Below are positions 52,943 to 62,838 of a DNA stretch of 64,000 bases, in pieces. The notes beneath the pieces are model-generated. The model made no database searches. It had not been told where the DNA came from and saw only the letters and a list, made by a program, of their open reading frames with translations. Positions within the stretch are counted from its first letter, which is position 1. Every line of letters begins with the position of its first letter. The stretch spans positions 34-64,033 of IMG/VR virus record IMGVR_UViG_3300020036_003693, one strand, 5' to 3'. Source of the stretch: a virus (Duplodnaviria > Caudoviricetes). A program made the position numbers and the translations under genes.

Positions 52943-54073
52943 TTATGCTCCGTGACCGTAGAACAGCTTGTTCAGACGGGGCGCACGGCAGCGCAGGTTG
53001 ATTGCGAGGTGGGTTCTGCCCACGACGCGGGTGTTCGTCGGGCTGGGCATGAAGCCGGTGAAGCCACCGCCGAACAAACGGGAGTTCTTGATGCGGATGT
53101 CCCAACTATTTGTGTTGAGCATGTAGGCGGTTTCACCTACGGTGACGGTTGTGCCCGGGGCTGGCGGAGTATCCGAGAAGGAAGCCGCCTGAGTGCCGCT
53201 GGGCATCGTGAAGGTGCTTGTGCTGAAGTCGCCATAGTCAGAGTTCACCTGGCCATAGCGGGCGCTCAGCAGCAGGTCATCTTTCATAATGACCATATTC
53301 ATGAACTTGATCGCGCCCTGGACGCCAAAGTATGGGTCCTTGACGATCTCGACGCGCTGCTTGGCTTCCATCAGGTTGTAGATATGCGACCAGATGGCCT
53401 TGGTGCCCACGAACATATCCGGCTCAGCGGAGCCAATGCAGCACTCCGTGTAGGCTTCCATGATCCGGTTGAAGTCAATCTTCCCGGTTGCACCGGAGGC
53501 TTTGCCCAGGTACTTGGGGGTTGAGTTCAGCGCAGCACCGACTTCGGAGCGGGACTGGCCGCCATAGCTGGTGTATTGGATTCCGTCGAATCCAGGTGCC
53601 ACGCCGTCGTTCAGGGCTTCGACCATCCCGTTGATGGAGAGAGAGCGATCCAGTACGCCAGCGCCGTTGTTCTGGCCGTTCTTTTGGATTTCGATGGCGA
53701 TGCGCGAGGTGAGCGACATGAACAGAGCCGCCAGGTCGTTCTCGATGATGGAGAACACGGCAAGTGGGCCGGTGTTCAGGACTTCCAGGTCTTCCAGGAA
53801 CTCAGCAACAAGGCCGACGTAGTATTTCGGTACGTGGGAGATGCTGGCAAGAATCTGCCGTTTGACCGGTGTGAACTCCGCACCCTGCGCGTAGGCTTGG
53901 GTGGGCAGGCCACGGAACAGGAAGTTGGATTGCATCTCGGTGCCGCCGTTGAACGGAATGAATCGTCCTTTGGCACGGAGAGCCATCAGCAGGGGAGCGC
54001 CCAGGAAGTAGTTGTCCTGCGCCACTGTGGGCAGAATTTCCTTGAGCGTTGTTACATTTAGTTCATCTAACAC
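52943..54073 (-). CDS. major capsid protein
   Basis: 376 aa after the scaffold; TTLKEILPTVAQDNYF...PLL, GGTEMQ, YYVG...FLED, C-terminal INLRCRAPR. Confidence 0.8.
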   Translation of the reverse strand: MLDELNVTTLKEILPTVAQDNYFLGAPLLMALRAKGRFIPFNGGTEMQSNFLFRGLPTQAYAQGAEFTPVKRQILASISHVPKYYVGLVAEFLEDLEVLNTGPLAVFSIIENDLAALFMSLTSRIAIEIQKNGQNNGAGVLDRSLSINGMVEALNDGVAPGFDGIQYTSYGGQSRSEVGAALNSTPKYLGKASGATGKIDFNRIMEAYTECCIGSAEPDMFVGTKAIWSHIYNLMEAKQRVEIVKDPYFGVQGAIKFMNMVIMKDDLLLSARYGQVNSDYGDFSTSTFTMPSGTQAASFSDTPPAPGTTVTVGETAYMLNTNSWDIRIKNSRLFGGGFTGFMPSPTNTRVVGRTHLAINLRCRAPRLNKLFYGHGA

Positions 54074-54148
54074 TAGGGTATCTCCTATGGGTTGGTGGAG
54101 ATAGGGGAGTCCCAGAGTATGGTTGAGCCGGGGGTCCCTATCCTACGA

Positions 54149-55201
54149 CTATGATCTGATAATGTCGAACTTCTCGTTGGCGTACTTACCAGAGAGATAA
54201 GCAGCGGTAGCAGCTTGTGCGGCAGTGCCTCGACCGGAGCCCTGGTTGGCAATCCGCGTCATGTCAGGAGCTCCGCCGATCCCATTTCCTGGAGAGGCGA
54301 GTTGGTCCTGAGGGATGTTGGCATTACCGGTCAAGAATGGTGAGAGCAGCCCATTGTTCGGGATGCCTCCACCATTGATAGCCATTGCGGAGGTCCGCTT
54401 GGCCAGCTCGGTGTTGACACGCTCTGCGACGGTTGCTTCGAGTTGTTCGGCGGCGAGTTGCTGTTGGCGCGCAGCCACGTTGTATTTCTCAGCCCAGATG
54501 TCCTCCAGACTTCGCCCAGAGCTGCCAGCCTCGTTAACGATCTCGGTGAGGTTGGCCAGCGGGGCTCCGAAGAGCTGCTGATGGCGAACCGCGAGGTCGT
54601 GCTGGATAGCCGGGGAGAGCATAGCGAGAGCCGAGAGGGATTGTTTCTCCTGGTTCCACGCGAGCTGGGTGACGTGCTGGATTGGGTTTGTGGGAGTAGA
54701 GGGAGCAGCAGGCGGTGTCGGCTGGACTCCCGGGTTGGGATTCTGAAACTGGTTATTCACTTGCTGATCTCCTTGGTTCTGGTTCTGGTTCTGAGATTGC
54801 GAATGCTGCGTGCCGGTAGGCAACCCAAGCTCTTCCATAAGTGTAGGATACTGGGAGGTGAGTTGCTCAAATTGCGTAGCGAACCGGTTACGTTCTGCCA
54901 CGACTGCCTCGTATTGGTCACGAGGGAGGTAGTTCTGCTGGAGGTAAGCGTCGTACTGAGAGACCTTGGTGGATAACTCAGTAAGGGCAGTGCGCTCTTG
55001 AGCAAGCTGCTGCTCAGTGAGTGCTACCTCCTGGACGCGCCTGGTGTAGTCAGATTTGGCCAGGACTTCCTCGCCGAGTTGCAGGGCAGCTTGAGGTGCA
55101 GCCGCGAAGACTGACTTGATCTGCTCTACGCCCTCGGGTGGGAGGTGGCTTGAAATCCGCCCCATCAGGGCATCGAATTGTTCTTGCCGTTTATCAGGCA
55201 T
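54149..55201 (-). CDS. scaffolding protein
   Basis: Coiled-coil, Q/N/P-rich linker, C-terminal AATAAYLSG; GGAG SD before ATG 55201. Confidence 0.7.
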   Translation of the reverse strand: MPDKRQEQFDALMGRISSHLPPEGVEQIKSVFAAAPQAALQLGEEVLAKSDYTRRVQEVALTEQQLAQERTALTELSTKVSQYDAYLQQNYLPRDQYEAVVAERNRFATQFEQLTSQYPTLMEELGLPTGTQHSQSQNQNQNQGDQQVNNQFQNPNPGVQPTPPAAPSTPTNPIQHVTQLAWNQEKQSLSALAMLSPAIQHDLAVRHQQLFGAPLANLTEIVNEAGSSGRSLEDIWAEKYNVAARQQQLAAEQLEATVAERVNTELAKRTSAMAINGGGIPNNGLLSPFLTGNANIPQDQLASPGNGIGGAPDMTRIANQGSGRGTAAQAATAAYLSGKYANEKFDIIRS

Positions 55202-55282
55202 CGGTTGTCTCCGAGTGTTAGTGAACTGGCTTCCCAAGGTGATGACTTATCTTGTTATCAGACTCAGGTTAGCTTGAGTTCG

Positions 55283-55317
55283 GGGGTTGTGTAACACACC
55301 AGGGGTTGTGGTGTCAA
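55283..55317 (-). promoter_or_regulatory. possible activator-dependent promoter
   Basis: TTGACA with a poor -10; two GGGGTTGTG direct repeats (+ strand) about 19 bp apart. Confidence 0.35.
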
Positions 55318-55330
55318 TCCCCAGGAGCTG

Positions 55331-55693
55331 CTATCCCAGGGGCGGAGCCATAGGTTGTGGTTGCAGGGTGGCGATGGCCTGGGATGCGAGTTGCATTATG
55401 GCTGCGCCAAGCTGGTCGAAGCTGGGCTTCATATCCGGGAACTGGTCCCCCAGCCCTACCACTACCTGCGTGGCTTGCATGAACTGCTGCTTGGCTTGCT
55501 CAACCTGCTGGGCTGCCATTGCCTGGGCGAGCTGGGCAGTCTGGGCTTCCTGGGAGGCAGCACCGGAGGTCTCCGGGGAGCGGTAGCTGCTGGGACCCAT
55601 GCCGACCGGAGCCGGGGGTGCTTGCTGCGGGGGCGGTTGCTCTTGTTGCGAGGGAGGGGGCGGAGCCTGGCCTCCGGTTTGTGATGCGAACAT
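55331..55693 (-). CDS. Q/P/A-rich small head-region protein
   Basis: AAAGGAG SD; lies between portal and scaffold. Confidence 0.65.
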   Translation of the reverse strand: MFASQTGGQAPPPPSQQEQPPPQQAPPAPVGMGPSSYRSPETSGAASQEAQTAQLAQAMAAQQVEQAKQQFMQATQVVVGLGDQFPDMKPSFDQLGAAIMQLASQAIATLQPQPMAPPLG

Positions 55694-55723
55694 ATTGGTT
55701 AGTTCTCCTTTGGTTATTGTTGG

Positions 55724-57916
55724 TTAGCTCTCAGCAATAGTGCTATTGCGTGGATTCGTTGCGGACATCTTTCCCTCGATGTGTGGGGGCTTCTCTCCAC
55801 TGGGTGGGCGACCGGGACGGTTTCCGCTAGGGGGAGTGGGACCACCACCACTGCCACCCTGGGGAGCGCCCTCACCACCACTCGCCGCTTGCTGCATCAG
55901 CATCAGCAGTTGCATCCTGGGATCAGCCATCATCTGGGCCTGGGCCTCCATCAGCACCTGCTGGCTAGTCACCTGGGCCTCCGCCATAGTCTTGGCTTGG
56001 AACTTGGTGCTCAGTTCCATCCACTCCGTCCAGCGCTCCACAATCGTGCCTCCCTTGGGTTCTCCCATGTTCCCCAGGTTGAGCGCCTCTGCGAGCGTCC
56101 AGGGGTCTATCGGGAACCGCCCGTCTCGCCAGAGCTGGAACTTCATCAGCATAGACTGGGTATCCGTGAACTCGAAGATACTATTGGGCACTACGTTGAA
56201 GGCGAACTGGCGACCGAACACCAGGGCACGCTGCATTAGGGTAGAGTTGATGGGAACCCCGGGAACATCCACTGGGAGGAGTTTCCCCGGGTCATAGTCG
56301 AAGTCGGTGAAGGAGAGTCCGTCCTGCCCGAGTAGCTGGAGCCGGCGCTGCGTGTTGTCGAACTGGAGGAAGTTCCATCCTGCCATGACGCCGAACTGGG
56401 TGATTGCACGCTCCAGCTCGCGGGCATAGTCAGTCGCCAGAGGTCCCTGGGCCTGGAGGAGTCGCTCGGTTGCGTCCGCTGCCGGGGCTTGCTGGAGCTC
56501 CAGGAGACTACTCACGTCAGCTACTCCGATCTGGTGATCACTGGTGGAGGCAAGCATCTGCAAGATACCCGGGAGCTGCTGCGGAATCTCATATCCACCG
56601 TCGTTCAGCCTGGAGATAACATCCGCACTCGGCAGCAGACCACTTCGCCACAGCCTACCACCGGGTTCTCGGAGGTCTATCTTCTTCCCTTCCTTCTCGC
56701 TGATCTCCTTCTTGTTAATCACCAGCATCGGGTCCAGGTTCAGGTTGAATGCGTCTACCACGCCACGGAGTAGCTGGTTGGTGGCTTCCTCAACGGAGAT
56801 GTTGTCTGCGGCGAGAGAGTAGCCGATTTGCTCCCAGGGCCACTTGTCCAGGGAGACCTGCACGACTGGGACGCGACCGTGCCAGTAGTAGCTGGGACCA
56901 TCGTAGATCAGATGGTCCTCGGTCCAGATGAGAAGTCGGCGGGTTGGATATAGATAGCATTTCTCTGCGGTTGCGACCGTGGTGTGACCTGCTGTGTCAA
57001 GCTGGAGCTGCTGCCCGAGGGTAGGCACGGTGTATTCCCAGGTGGTTCCCTTGGTCTTGATACCTGTTGCCAAGTCATAGCAGAGCTGGTCAGAGTGAAT
57101 TTCCTGCCCTGTGGTGTTGATGCTGGCGTCGAGGACATATGTGCTGTAAACCTCCACGTCCGTCCCCAGGAAGCCGAAGTTATTCACGCCGCCGCCAGGA
57201 TCATCACTGGCTCGGGTGTAGCCGAAGGAGTTCAGCAGTGGGGAGAGCCAGCCTGCTACCTTACGAGAGTCTTGACTGCGCGTGGTTGGGCGCGTGCGTA
57301 CCGGGCGGAGCCGGTTACGTGAGAGGGGCATGCGGGAGACAGCTTCAGAGAGATTGTAGAGTTTGCGCACGTGGACCGCGTAGGCTTCCTGTAGGTCCAT
57401 CCCCTGGTCACGGAGTACGTCATCTGGGCCCCCTACGTCAATGTCCAGGTCCGTGTCCATGAAGCCGGGAATACTTCGGGACCAACCGCAGATCATGTAA
57501 CCAGCACCGCAGACACCATACTGGAGGACTTCCTTGAGTACTCGGTCAAACATATTCGTGTCCAGCCAACACTTGAGGCGCTTGGTGAGAATCTTCGCGT
57601 GGTCACTCCAGAGAAGGTTCCTGGTGTAGTAGTCCCAGCGCGGTTTGATCCGCTGAGTGAGCAAGGCAATCACCTCTCGGAGCTGCCGCTTGATTCGGTT
57701 GGTGACGAGCTTCGACTTGCGCTTCGAGCGGATGTTCAGGCGAGCAGCGACCCGACAGGCGATGATGTCAATCGTCTGGTCTATGGTCTTGTAGGCATCG
57801 CCGTTCTTGAGAGAGGACTCTGCTCTGGTACGGGAGCCGATCAGCCAGGCGAGCTTTTGCTCCGGGGAGGCGCTGGCTGGTGGGCATATCGGGGAGAGAT
57901 CGTATGGTTGTGACAT
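55724..57916 (-). CDS. portal protein
   Basis: 730 aa after terL; NRIKRQLREVI, RVPVVQVSLD...GYSL, STSDHQIGVAD...ATE..LLQAQG; G/P-rich tail. Confidence 0.8.
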   Translation of the reverse strand: MSQPYDLSPICPPASASPEQKLAWLIGSRTRAESSLKNGDAYKTIDQTIDIIACRVAARLNIRSKRKSKLVTNRIKRQLREVIALLTQRIKPRWDYYTRNLLWSDHAKILTKRLKCWLDTNMFDRVLKEVLQYGVCGAGYMICGWSRSIPGFMDTDLDIDVGGPDDVLRDQGMDLQEAYAVHVRKLYNLSEAVSRMPLSRNRLRPVRTRPTTRSQDSRKVAGWLSPLLNSFGYTRASDDPGGGVNNFGFLGTDVEVYSTYVLDASINTTGQEIHSDQLCYDLATGIKTKGTTWEYTVPTLGQQLQLDTAGHTTVATAEKCYLYPTRRLLIWTEDHLIYDGPSYYWHGRVPVVQVSLDKWPWEQIGYSLAADNISVEEATNQLLRGVVDAFNLNLDPMLVINKKEISEKEGKKIDLREPGGRLWRSGLLPSADVISRLNDGGYEIPQQLPGILQMLASTSDHQIGVADVSSLLELQQAPAADATERLLQAQGPLATDYARELERAITQFGVMAGWNFLQFDNTQRRLQLLGQDGLSFTDFDYDPGKLLPVDVPGVPINSTLMQRALVFGRQFAFNVVPNSIFEFTDTQSMLMKFQLWRDGRFPIDPWTLAEALNLGNMGEPKGGTIVERWTEWMELSTKFQAKTMAEAQVTSQQVLMEAQAQMMADPRMQLLMLMQQAASGGEGAPQGGSGGGPTPPSGNRPGRPPSGEKPPHIEGKMSATNPRNSTIAES

Positions 57917-57957
57917 AGTGGTTGGGGAGATGGGAGATGGTAGGTTAGCGTTACCTC

Positions 57958-58491
57958 TTAGCGTTCATCATTATGGAGTATCCCGAAGTGATACCCGATC
58001 TCATGCGAGCGCCCGGCTGAGCGCCGCTCGTTGTTCCGCTCCATTGCGAGGCGGGCGAAGTCACGACCCGCTGGGGACATGTGCTCCATCGCAGCACGGA
58101 GCTCCCGACGATTCTCAGCGATCTCCTGGGACTCGTAGTACTCCTGGAGTTCCTTGCGAGCGGAGAGCTTAGATTGTTCTTCTCTAGAGCAGCGCCCCTC
58201 CAGGCGTCGGAGCTCCCCAAGGGTAGTCACCTCGCAGCGCGTATGGCCCGGGGGCGTTGGTAGATTAGAAGCTCCTGGGATGCGGACCTCACCAGCAGCG
58301 TTCAGGTAATAGACGAAAGGTGTGATAGTGGAGTCAGTTCCTCGGGGGAGGAAGTCCTGCCGCGCTGAGGAGCCACACTCCTCACAGGGCACGGTTAGTT
58401 TCTGTCCGGGCTTCAGGGTATCCCAGACTTCCAATGGCAGGAACTTCTGAAATGAGTGCCCCTGCTCGCACTCGAATTGGTAGTTAGGCAT
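57958..58491 (-). CDS. FmdB-like zinc-ribbon protein
   Basis: MPNYQFECEQGH...CEECG. Confidence 0.75.
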   Translation of the reverse strand: MPNYQFECEQGHSFQKFLPLEVWDTLKPGQKLTVPCEECGSSARQDFLPRGTDSTITPFVYYLNAAGEVRIPGASNLPTPPGHTRCEVTTLGELRRLEGRCSREEQSKLSARKELQEYYESQEIAENRRELRAAMEHMSPAGRDFARLAMERNNERRSAGRSHEIGYHFGILHNDER

Positions 58492-58497
58492 AGTATT

Positions 58498-60684
58498 CTA
58501 TTCTAGTTCTCCTTCCTCGATGTCGGTGTCCGCCTCAGCGTAACTCACCGAGGCTCCTCCTGTAAAGTATTCCAGTGGATCATCCGGGTCCCGTGTGGGG
58601 AGCAGCAGCCCCCGGGAGCATGGGAAGCTGAGCAGCTCGTGGGCGTCGTCCAGGACCCGCCTCCACGCGGGCGTCTCGGCCTGGTAGATGTCAATCCCGT
58701 GGAGACATATCAGGCAGATTATGAATGCGAAGATTCTGTCATCATGGGAGCCAGCCCCGGCTTCTAGTCGTATCTTGGTCTGGAGCTGGTTCACCACGAA
58801 GTCACGGAGCTCGTCCACCAGCCAGGGTGAGTTAAGCTGTGCCCACTGGCCCTTCACGATCAAGAGCGTCCACTGGATTAGCTGATCTCGGGACTTGGGC
58901 GTGGTCTCCCAGCCGTACTTCGGGGTGAGCAGCTTGAGGCGGGAGTCTGGGCGCTGCCGGATGTAGATATTCGGGTAGCCACGCTTGCGGAGTTCCATCA
59001 GGGCTGCGTCTCCGCCCCGGTTGGTCTCTGGGGCTGCAAGGGCCCAGGTGTACTCACCGGAGTAGACGGGAGAGAATAGCTTTAGAAGTGCTAACCACAC
59101 TGGCCATATCTCCAGGGTAGCTACCTTGTCGGTTGCGAGCTCAGCGACGATCTCTGCTGGGGAAAGTGGGGTTCCCTTGCGTACTACGGTGAGCACAGTA
59201 CGATCCAGTCCCTTGCCTTCAGCTCCGTCCAGAGAGACTCCATACTCGTTCCCTGGGATCGGGAGTTCCCACACGACTAACCTGTCTAGGCCATCCGCGT
59301 GGGGTTCGCGCACCGGGGTGAATGTGCAGGTGTAGCACTTGTCCTCGCCGGAGTCCCAGTACATTGTGCGAAGCCCTATTTCTCCAGTGGTCTCACTGCT
59401 CTCCGGCCAGAGTGGAGCCGGGATGCCCTCTCCCTGGAGACCATATACCCTAAGAGGGGGCTTTGCCTTGTCCTGGTACTGCTGGACTAGCTCGATGGAG
59501 AATACCATCCCGTGGCGGCTCTGGAATGCCTCCAGGTCATTCGCTGGCATCTCTGAGTAGAACTTCGCCAGGGCCTCCTCGCCTTCGATCTTCGCCTCGG
59601 AGTACTGTACCCAGTAGAACCACATCTGCTCCAGCGGCATCCGCCAGTCCAGACCCAGGGCTCTCCATAGTACCCGTTGGGAGAGCACATACTCCCGGGC
59701 CTTCTGTGCGTGGTTGATGATAAACTCTGGAGGATTCCACCCGGTTGGGATTGGTGCTACCACCTCTACCCAGGTCCTCGTGGGGTAGATGTCCGTCCCC
59801 ATGTACCAGGGCAGGAACACCGGGCAGAACTCTCCGATCCCGCTGCTCCAGCGGCGTTGGTTGTTCTTCCACAGCTCGTGCCAATAGTCGTTGCGGCCGT
59901 TGGCAGTGCTCTCCAGCATACCAAAGGTAAGTGGAGTGGGATGCCGCGCTTTGAGCAGAGAAGCGTCAATTAGTGCTTTGGGCTTGTCGAAGTCAGGGAT
60001 TTCAGACAGATGGTAGTAGTTGATGGTATCCCCACGGGAGATACCACTTGTTTGTCTCCCGTGCTGCACTGAGATGGTCATGTTCCTCTTGGCGGACTCG
60101 ATGAACACTTCCCCGGACTTATACTCTTTAATGTCATCCGGCACCAGCCACCACGGTTGGCCGAGCAGAGAGCGTTGCATCATCTCAATGAACTTCCAGG
60201 TTTTGTCCTCGTCGCTGGAGGCGAGCGCACCGCTGGTGTTCGGGATGAACAAGGCCCGGTGGAGACCTCTGGAGGTGGAGTCCGTGGTGATCCCAAGCTG
60301 GCGCGCCTTCAGGGATTGTATCTCAATCGGTCTTCCCTGGGCTTGGAGGTCACAGTAGACTGAGTTCAGGGCTTCCTGGGCGAAGTTGCGCCGGAAGGGA
60401 ATCATCTGCTGGGTATTGGAGTCCCTGATCTTGTGGTAGTTGCTTGCCCAGTGGTCATAGTCCAGGGCGCACAACAACCTCTCGTTGCGGATGAAGGCAC
60501 TCTCGTCCGGGAGCAGTGGGGAGGTGAGCTCTCCTGTCCAGCGGCCCTTGGTGTCCTTGATTGCTTTGCGGTCCAGTACCTCCACGCACGCGGCGATGTA
60601 GTCCGGCGTGTAGTAGGTGATCGGGCGCGAGGTGCGCTGCTGGACGTTGTGGATGTTGCGAGCTACGGTTTCTCGGTTATACAA
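58498..60684 (-). CDS. terL: terminase large subunit
   Basis: LKARQLGIT Walker A, HLSE Walker B, ESTANG, SLDGAEG...DRT and HDDRIFA RNase H-like residues. Confidence 0.92.
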   Translation of the reverse strand: MYNRETVARNIHNVQQRTSRPITYYTPDYIAACVEVLDRKAIKDTKGRWTGELTSPLLPDESAFIRNERLLCALDYDHWASNYHKIRDSNTQQMIPFRRNFAQEALNSVYCDLQAQGRPIEIQSLKARQLGITTDSTSRGLHRALFIPNTSGALASSDEDKTWKFIEMMQRSLLGQPWWLVPDDIKEYKSGEVFIESAKRNMTISVQHGRQTSGISRGDTINYYHLSEIPDFDKPKALIDASLLKARHPTPLTFGMLESTANGRNDYWHELWKNNQRRWSSGIGEFCPVFLPWYMGTDIYPTRTWVEVVAPIPTGWNPPEFIINHAQKAREYVLSQRVLWRALGLDWRMPLEQMWFYWVQYSEAKIEGEEALAKFYSEMPANDLEAFQSRHGMVFSIELVQQYQDKAKPPLRVYGLQGEGIPAPLWPESSETTGEIGLRTMYWDSGEDKCYTCTFTPVREPHADGLDRLVVWELPIPGNEYGVSLDGAEGKGLDRTVLTVVRKGTPLSPAEIVAELATDKVATLEIWPVWLALLKLFSPVYSGEYTWALAAPETNRGGDAALMELRKRGYPNIYIRQRPDSRLKLLTPKYGWETTPKSRDQLIQWTLLIVKGQWAQLNSPWLVDELRDFVVNQLQTKIRLEAGAGSHDDRIFAFIICLICLHGIDIYQAETPAWRRVLDDAHELLSFPCSRGLLLPTRDPDDPLEYFTGGASVSYAEADTDIEEGELE

Positions 60685-60958
60685 GATTGCTCCCTGTTAG
60701 CTTATCCATAGTCACACACTGCTCCCACTTCCCATCCCGAAAGTACCCGCGCACCACAACCTCCGCAGGGGCGTAGCGACCCGCGAGTAGCTCATCCAGG
60801 AAGACTATCTCCCCGGTGTGGATGTGCAGCCCGGAGATTATCGGACGACACTTGATCACGGACGCGGTTGGCAGGGATGGCAGCACGATGAGCACGCTTG
60901 CGCCGACTGTGGCTGCGGTGAATGCTTTGAGAAAATTTCTTCTGCTAGTCTGGATCAT
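60677..60958 (-). CDS. small protein with twin-arginine-like signal
   Basis: GGAGGG SD; MIQTSRRNFLKAFTAATVGASVLIVLP. Confidence 0.65.
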   Translation of the reverse strand: MIQTSRRNFLKAFTAATVGASVLIVLPSLPTASVIKCRPIISGLHIHTGEIVFLDELLAGRYAPAEVVVRGYFRDGKWEQCVTMDKLTGSNLV

Positions 60959-61163
60959 AGTATCCCTCCCCGGTCCATTTGTCTCGGTACTCAGCCTCAA
61001 GTTTCTCCATCATCTCGTACATGTTCTCCCAGAACATCTGATCAAACTTGGCCCACCCTTCGCGCTGCTTACGAAAGTATCCTAGCAGTTCCTCCGCTGT
61101 GGTACTCTTCTTCACGGTCTCTCTTAGCTTAGCTCGTGTTGCTTTAGCTACTCGATGGGACAT
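60945..61163 (-). CDS. hypothetical protein (72 aa)
   Basis: Start revised to ATG 61163 behind GGAGGTGG. Confidence 0.6.
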   Translation of the reverse strand: MSHRVAKATRAKLRETVKKSTTAEELLGYFRKQREGWAKFDQMFWENMYEMMEKLEAEYRDKWTGEGYYDPD

Positions 61164-61380
61164 TCTCCACCTCCACCTCAACCTCCACGGCCTCCACCTC
61201 CACCGCGTTATCAGACGCAGATAGCGCCTTATCCTCAATTTCTCGTAACCTGCGGATAGCCACAAATACACAAGGCCAGCACCAGTTGCAATCTCCCAGG
61301 CCCAGGTAGCTTGCTTGAGGGTTGCGCTCGCCGCACCGGGCACAGGTTGGACTCTTATGCGAGTACTTGGGGTTGCTCAC
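61144..61380 (-). CDS. zinc-finger protein with acidic tail
   Basis: GAGGAG SD; CARC...CNWCWPC; VE repeats. Confidence 0.55.
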   Translation of the reverse strand: MSNPKYSHKSPTCARCGERNPQASYLGLGDCNWCWPCVFVAIRRLREIEDKALSASDNAVEVEAVEVEVEVENVPSSS

Positions 61381-62089
61381 TAGGTTGCTCCTCGATGATA
61401 GCGTCTACTATGTTAGCTTCCTGGACTGGAAGCAGTGCTCGTTGCGCCACCTTGTCAAAGTACACCCGCCCAACCACCTTGTCCTCCTCGTCCCACTTGG
61501 GAAGACCAACCGCCACGTTGGTGTTGTTCTGCTGGTTCACGGAGATCACGGTGGAGGGTCCTTTGCTGGTGAGACCACTCGCCTCGAACAGCAGCTTCTG
61601 GCTCAGGTGTGCTACCCCGCCGTCCCCCTCGGTGGCGAGTTCGATAGCCTTACTCATTATCTCTGGGAGCCGACTCGCCAGGATCGCCCTGGCGTGATCC
61701 ATCCCATGCACGAACCCAGCCGCTGCGAGGCTCCCCGCGATCTCCACTCGGGATAGCCCCCTCCAGTCAATTATCTCTTCCAGCGTGGGAAGCCGGTTCT
61801 CAGCCCGCGCAGCTAGGAAGTCGCTGTCCTTCCAGTCCTCGAACTTCTCGGAGTCCAGGATCGCAGCAGAGAGGTCATCCAACACGGCGAACTTTCCCTT
61901 GACGTGGTGGCACAACTCCAGCAGCCGGGCGAACCGCATCTCCAGCGTCACCCCAAGCTGCTCCAAGATGCTACCAATCGTCCAGTCCTTGGTGACGCGC
62001 TCGATGAACTGAGCGTCCCGAGCGCGCACCGCAGTCTCCTCCGCCAGTTTCTCCTCAGTGCGCTTGCCTACGCCCCGACGTTTATTCAC
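61355..62089 (-). CDS. putative terminase small subunit
   Basis: Upstream of terL; AHLSQKLLFEASG...VISVNQQNNTNV pattern; GTG start behind GGAG. Confidence 0.5.
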   Translation of the reverse strand: MNKRRGVGKRTEEKLAEETAVRARDAQFIERVTKDWTIGSILEQLGVTLEMRFARLLELCHHVKGKFAVLDDLSAAILDSEKFEDWKDSDFLAARAENRLPTLEEIIDWRGLSRVEIAGSLAAAGFVHGMDHARAILASRLPEIMSKAIELATEGDGGVAHLSQKLLFEASGLTSKGPSTVISVNQQNNTNVAVGLPKWDEEDKVVGRVYFDKVAQRALLPVQEANIVDAIIEEQPSEQPQVLA

Positions 62090-62480
62090 CTGGAGGCTCC
62101 TTCGTGGCTGGGGCAGGTGCGACTGGCACGCGTAGCTCCTGCACACTTGGGTCAGTCACGAAGCGTCGAGACTCCCAATATTGTTCCATTGCCTCTCGTT
62201 CAGCTTCCCGGTCCAGGGCTTCTTCGGAGTGGTAGAACACGGTGCCTGTGGGAGGCTCGCCGGGTGCTGCCGCTTCTGCCAGAACCTCCTGCTCCTGCTC
62301 CTGCTCAGGAACATCCAGCGTATCCCGTTGATCATCCTTAGCCACTAGCTTATGCACACCAAGGTGCCGGTCGAACTGCCACTCGGCAGACCTGGGCTCT
62401 CCAGCGATTGCATCTGCCAGTTGTCGAATAGAGTTGGCAAGAGCAAACAAGGCGGCGGTTAGGTTACGAAGTGTTTTCAT
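62082..62480 (-). CDS. hypothetical protein with amphipathic N-terminal helix
   Basis: GGAAGGGG SD; MKTLRNLTAALFALANSIRQLADAIAG. Confidence 0.65.
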   Translation of the reverse strand: MKTLRNLTAALFALANSIRQLADAIAGEPRSAEWQFDRHLGVHKLVAKDDQRDTLDVPEQEQEQEVLAEAAAPGEPPTGTVFYHSEEALDREAEREAMEQYWESRRFVTDPSVQELRVPVAPAPATKEPPGE

Positions 62481-62484
62481 AGTG

Positions 62485-62838
62485 CTAGTTCCCCCTTCCA
62501 CGCAGTGAATCCCCTGGCAGCCAGAGCTTCTCCCCTGTGGTCTTACTGCTCTCAGCTCTGGTCAGCTCCACGATGCGGATTGCATCCGGTTCGATCATCC
62601 CGATGATCACGGAGCACCCGTGCTTGTCCAGGGTGCGACCCACCCAGAGGAGCTGCCGGTCGTCTATCTTGGACTTGTCTCCCAGCAGTAGGTATACCTT
62701 GTCCTTATCAAAGGTGAGTTGGGTAATGCCGTGGCCATAGCGTGCGACTAGCTCACGCAGCTTGGTGCCGTCTGCGAGTTCCTCTACCGGCTCTACTTGC
62801 TCAACTTGCTCTTCTACCTGCGTCGTATTCTCGCTCAT
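62485..62838 (-). CDS. hypothetical protein
   Basis: GGAGGT SD, 117 aa. Confidence 0.7.
   Translation of the reverse strand: MSENTTQVEEQVEQVEPVEELADGTKLRELVARYGHGITQLTFDKDKVYLLLGDKSKIDDRQLLWVGRTLDKHGCSVIIGMIEPDAIRIVELTRAESSKTTGEKLWLPGDSLRGRGN

Noticed and set aside
54770-54795. CTGGTT and similar short tandem repeats inside genes (also about 41765-41790 and 49820-49850)
   Set aside because: They simply encode low-complexity peptides (QNQNQ, KSEKSEK, LLPLLPLL).
58498-60684. Intein or intron in the long terL or polA
   Set aside because: No intein splice motifs (C/S start, HN-C/S/T end) or LAGLIDADG/HNH motifs were seen, and the reading frames are continuous.
61164-61343. ORF-track 132-aa version of the gene ending at 60945
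   Set aside because: Better explained by two genes: a zinc finger at 61380-61144 and an SD-led start at 61163.
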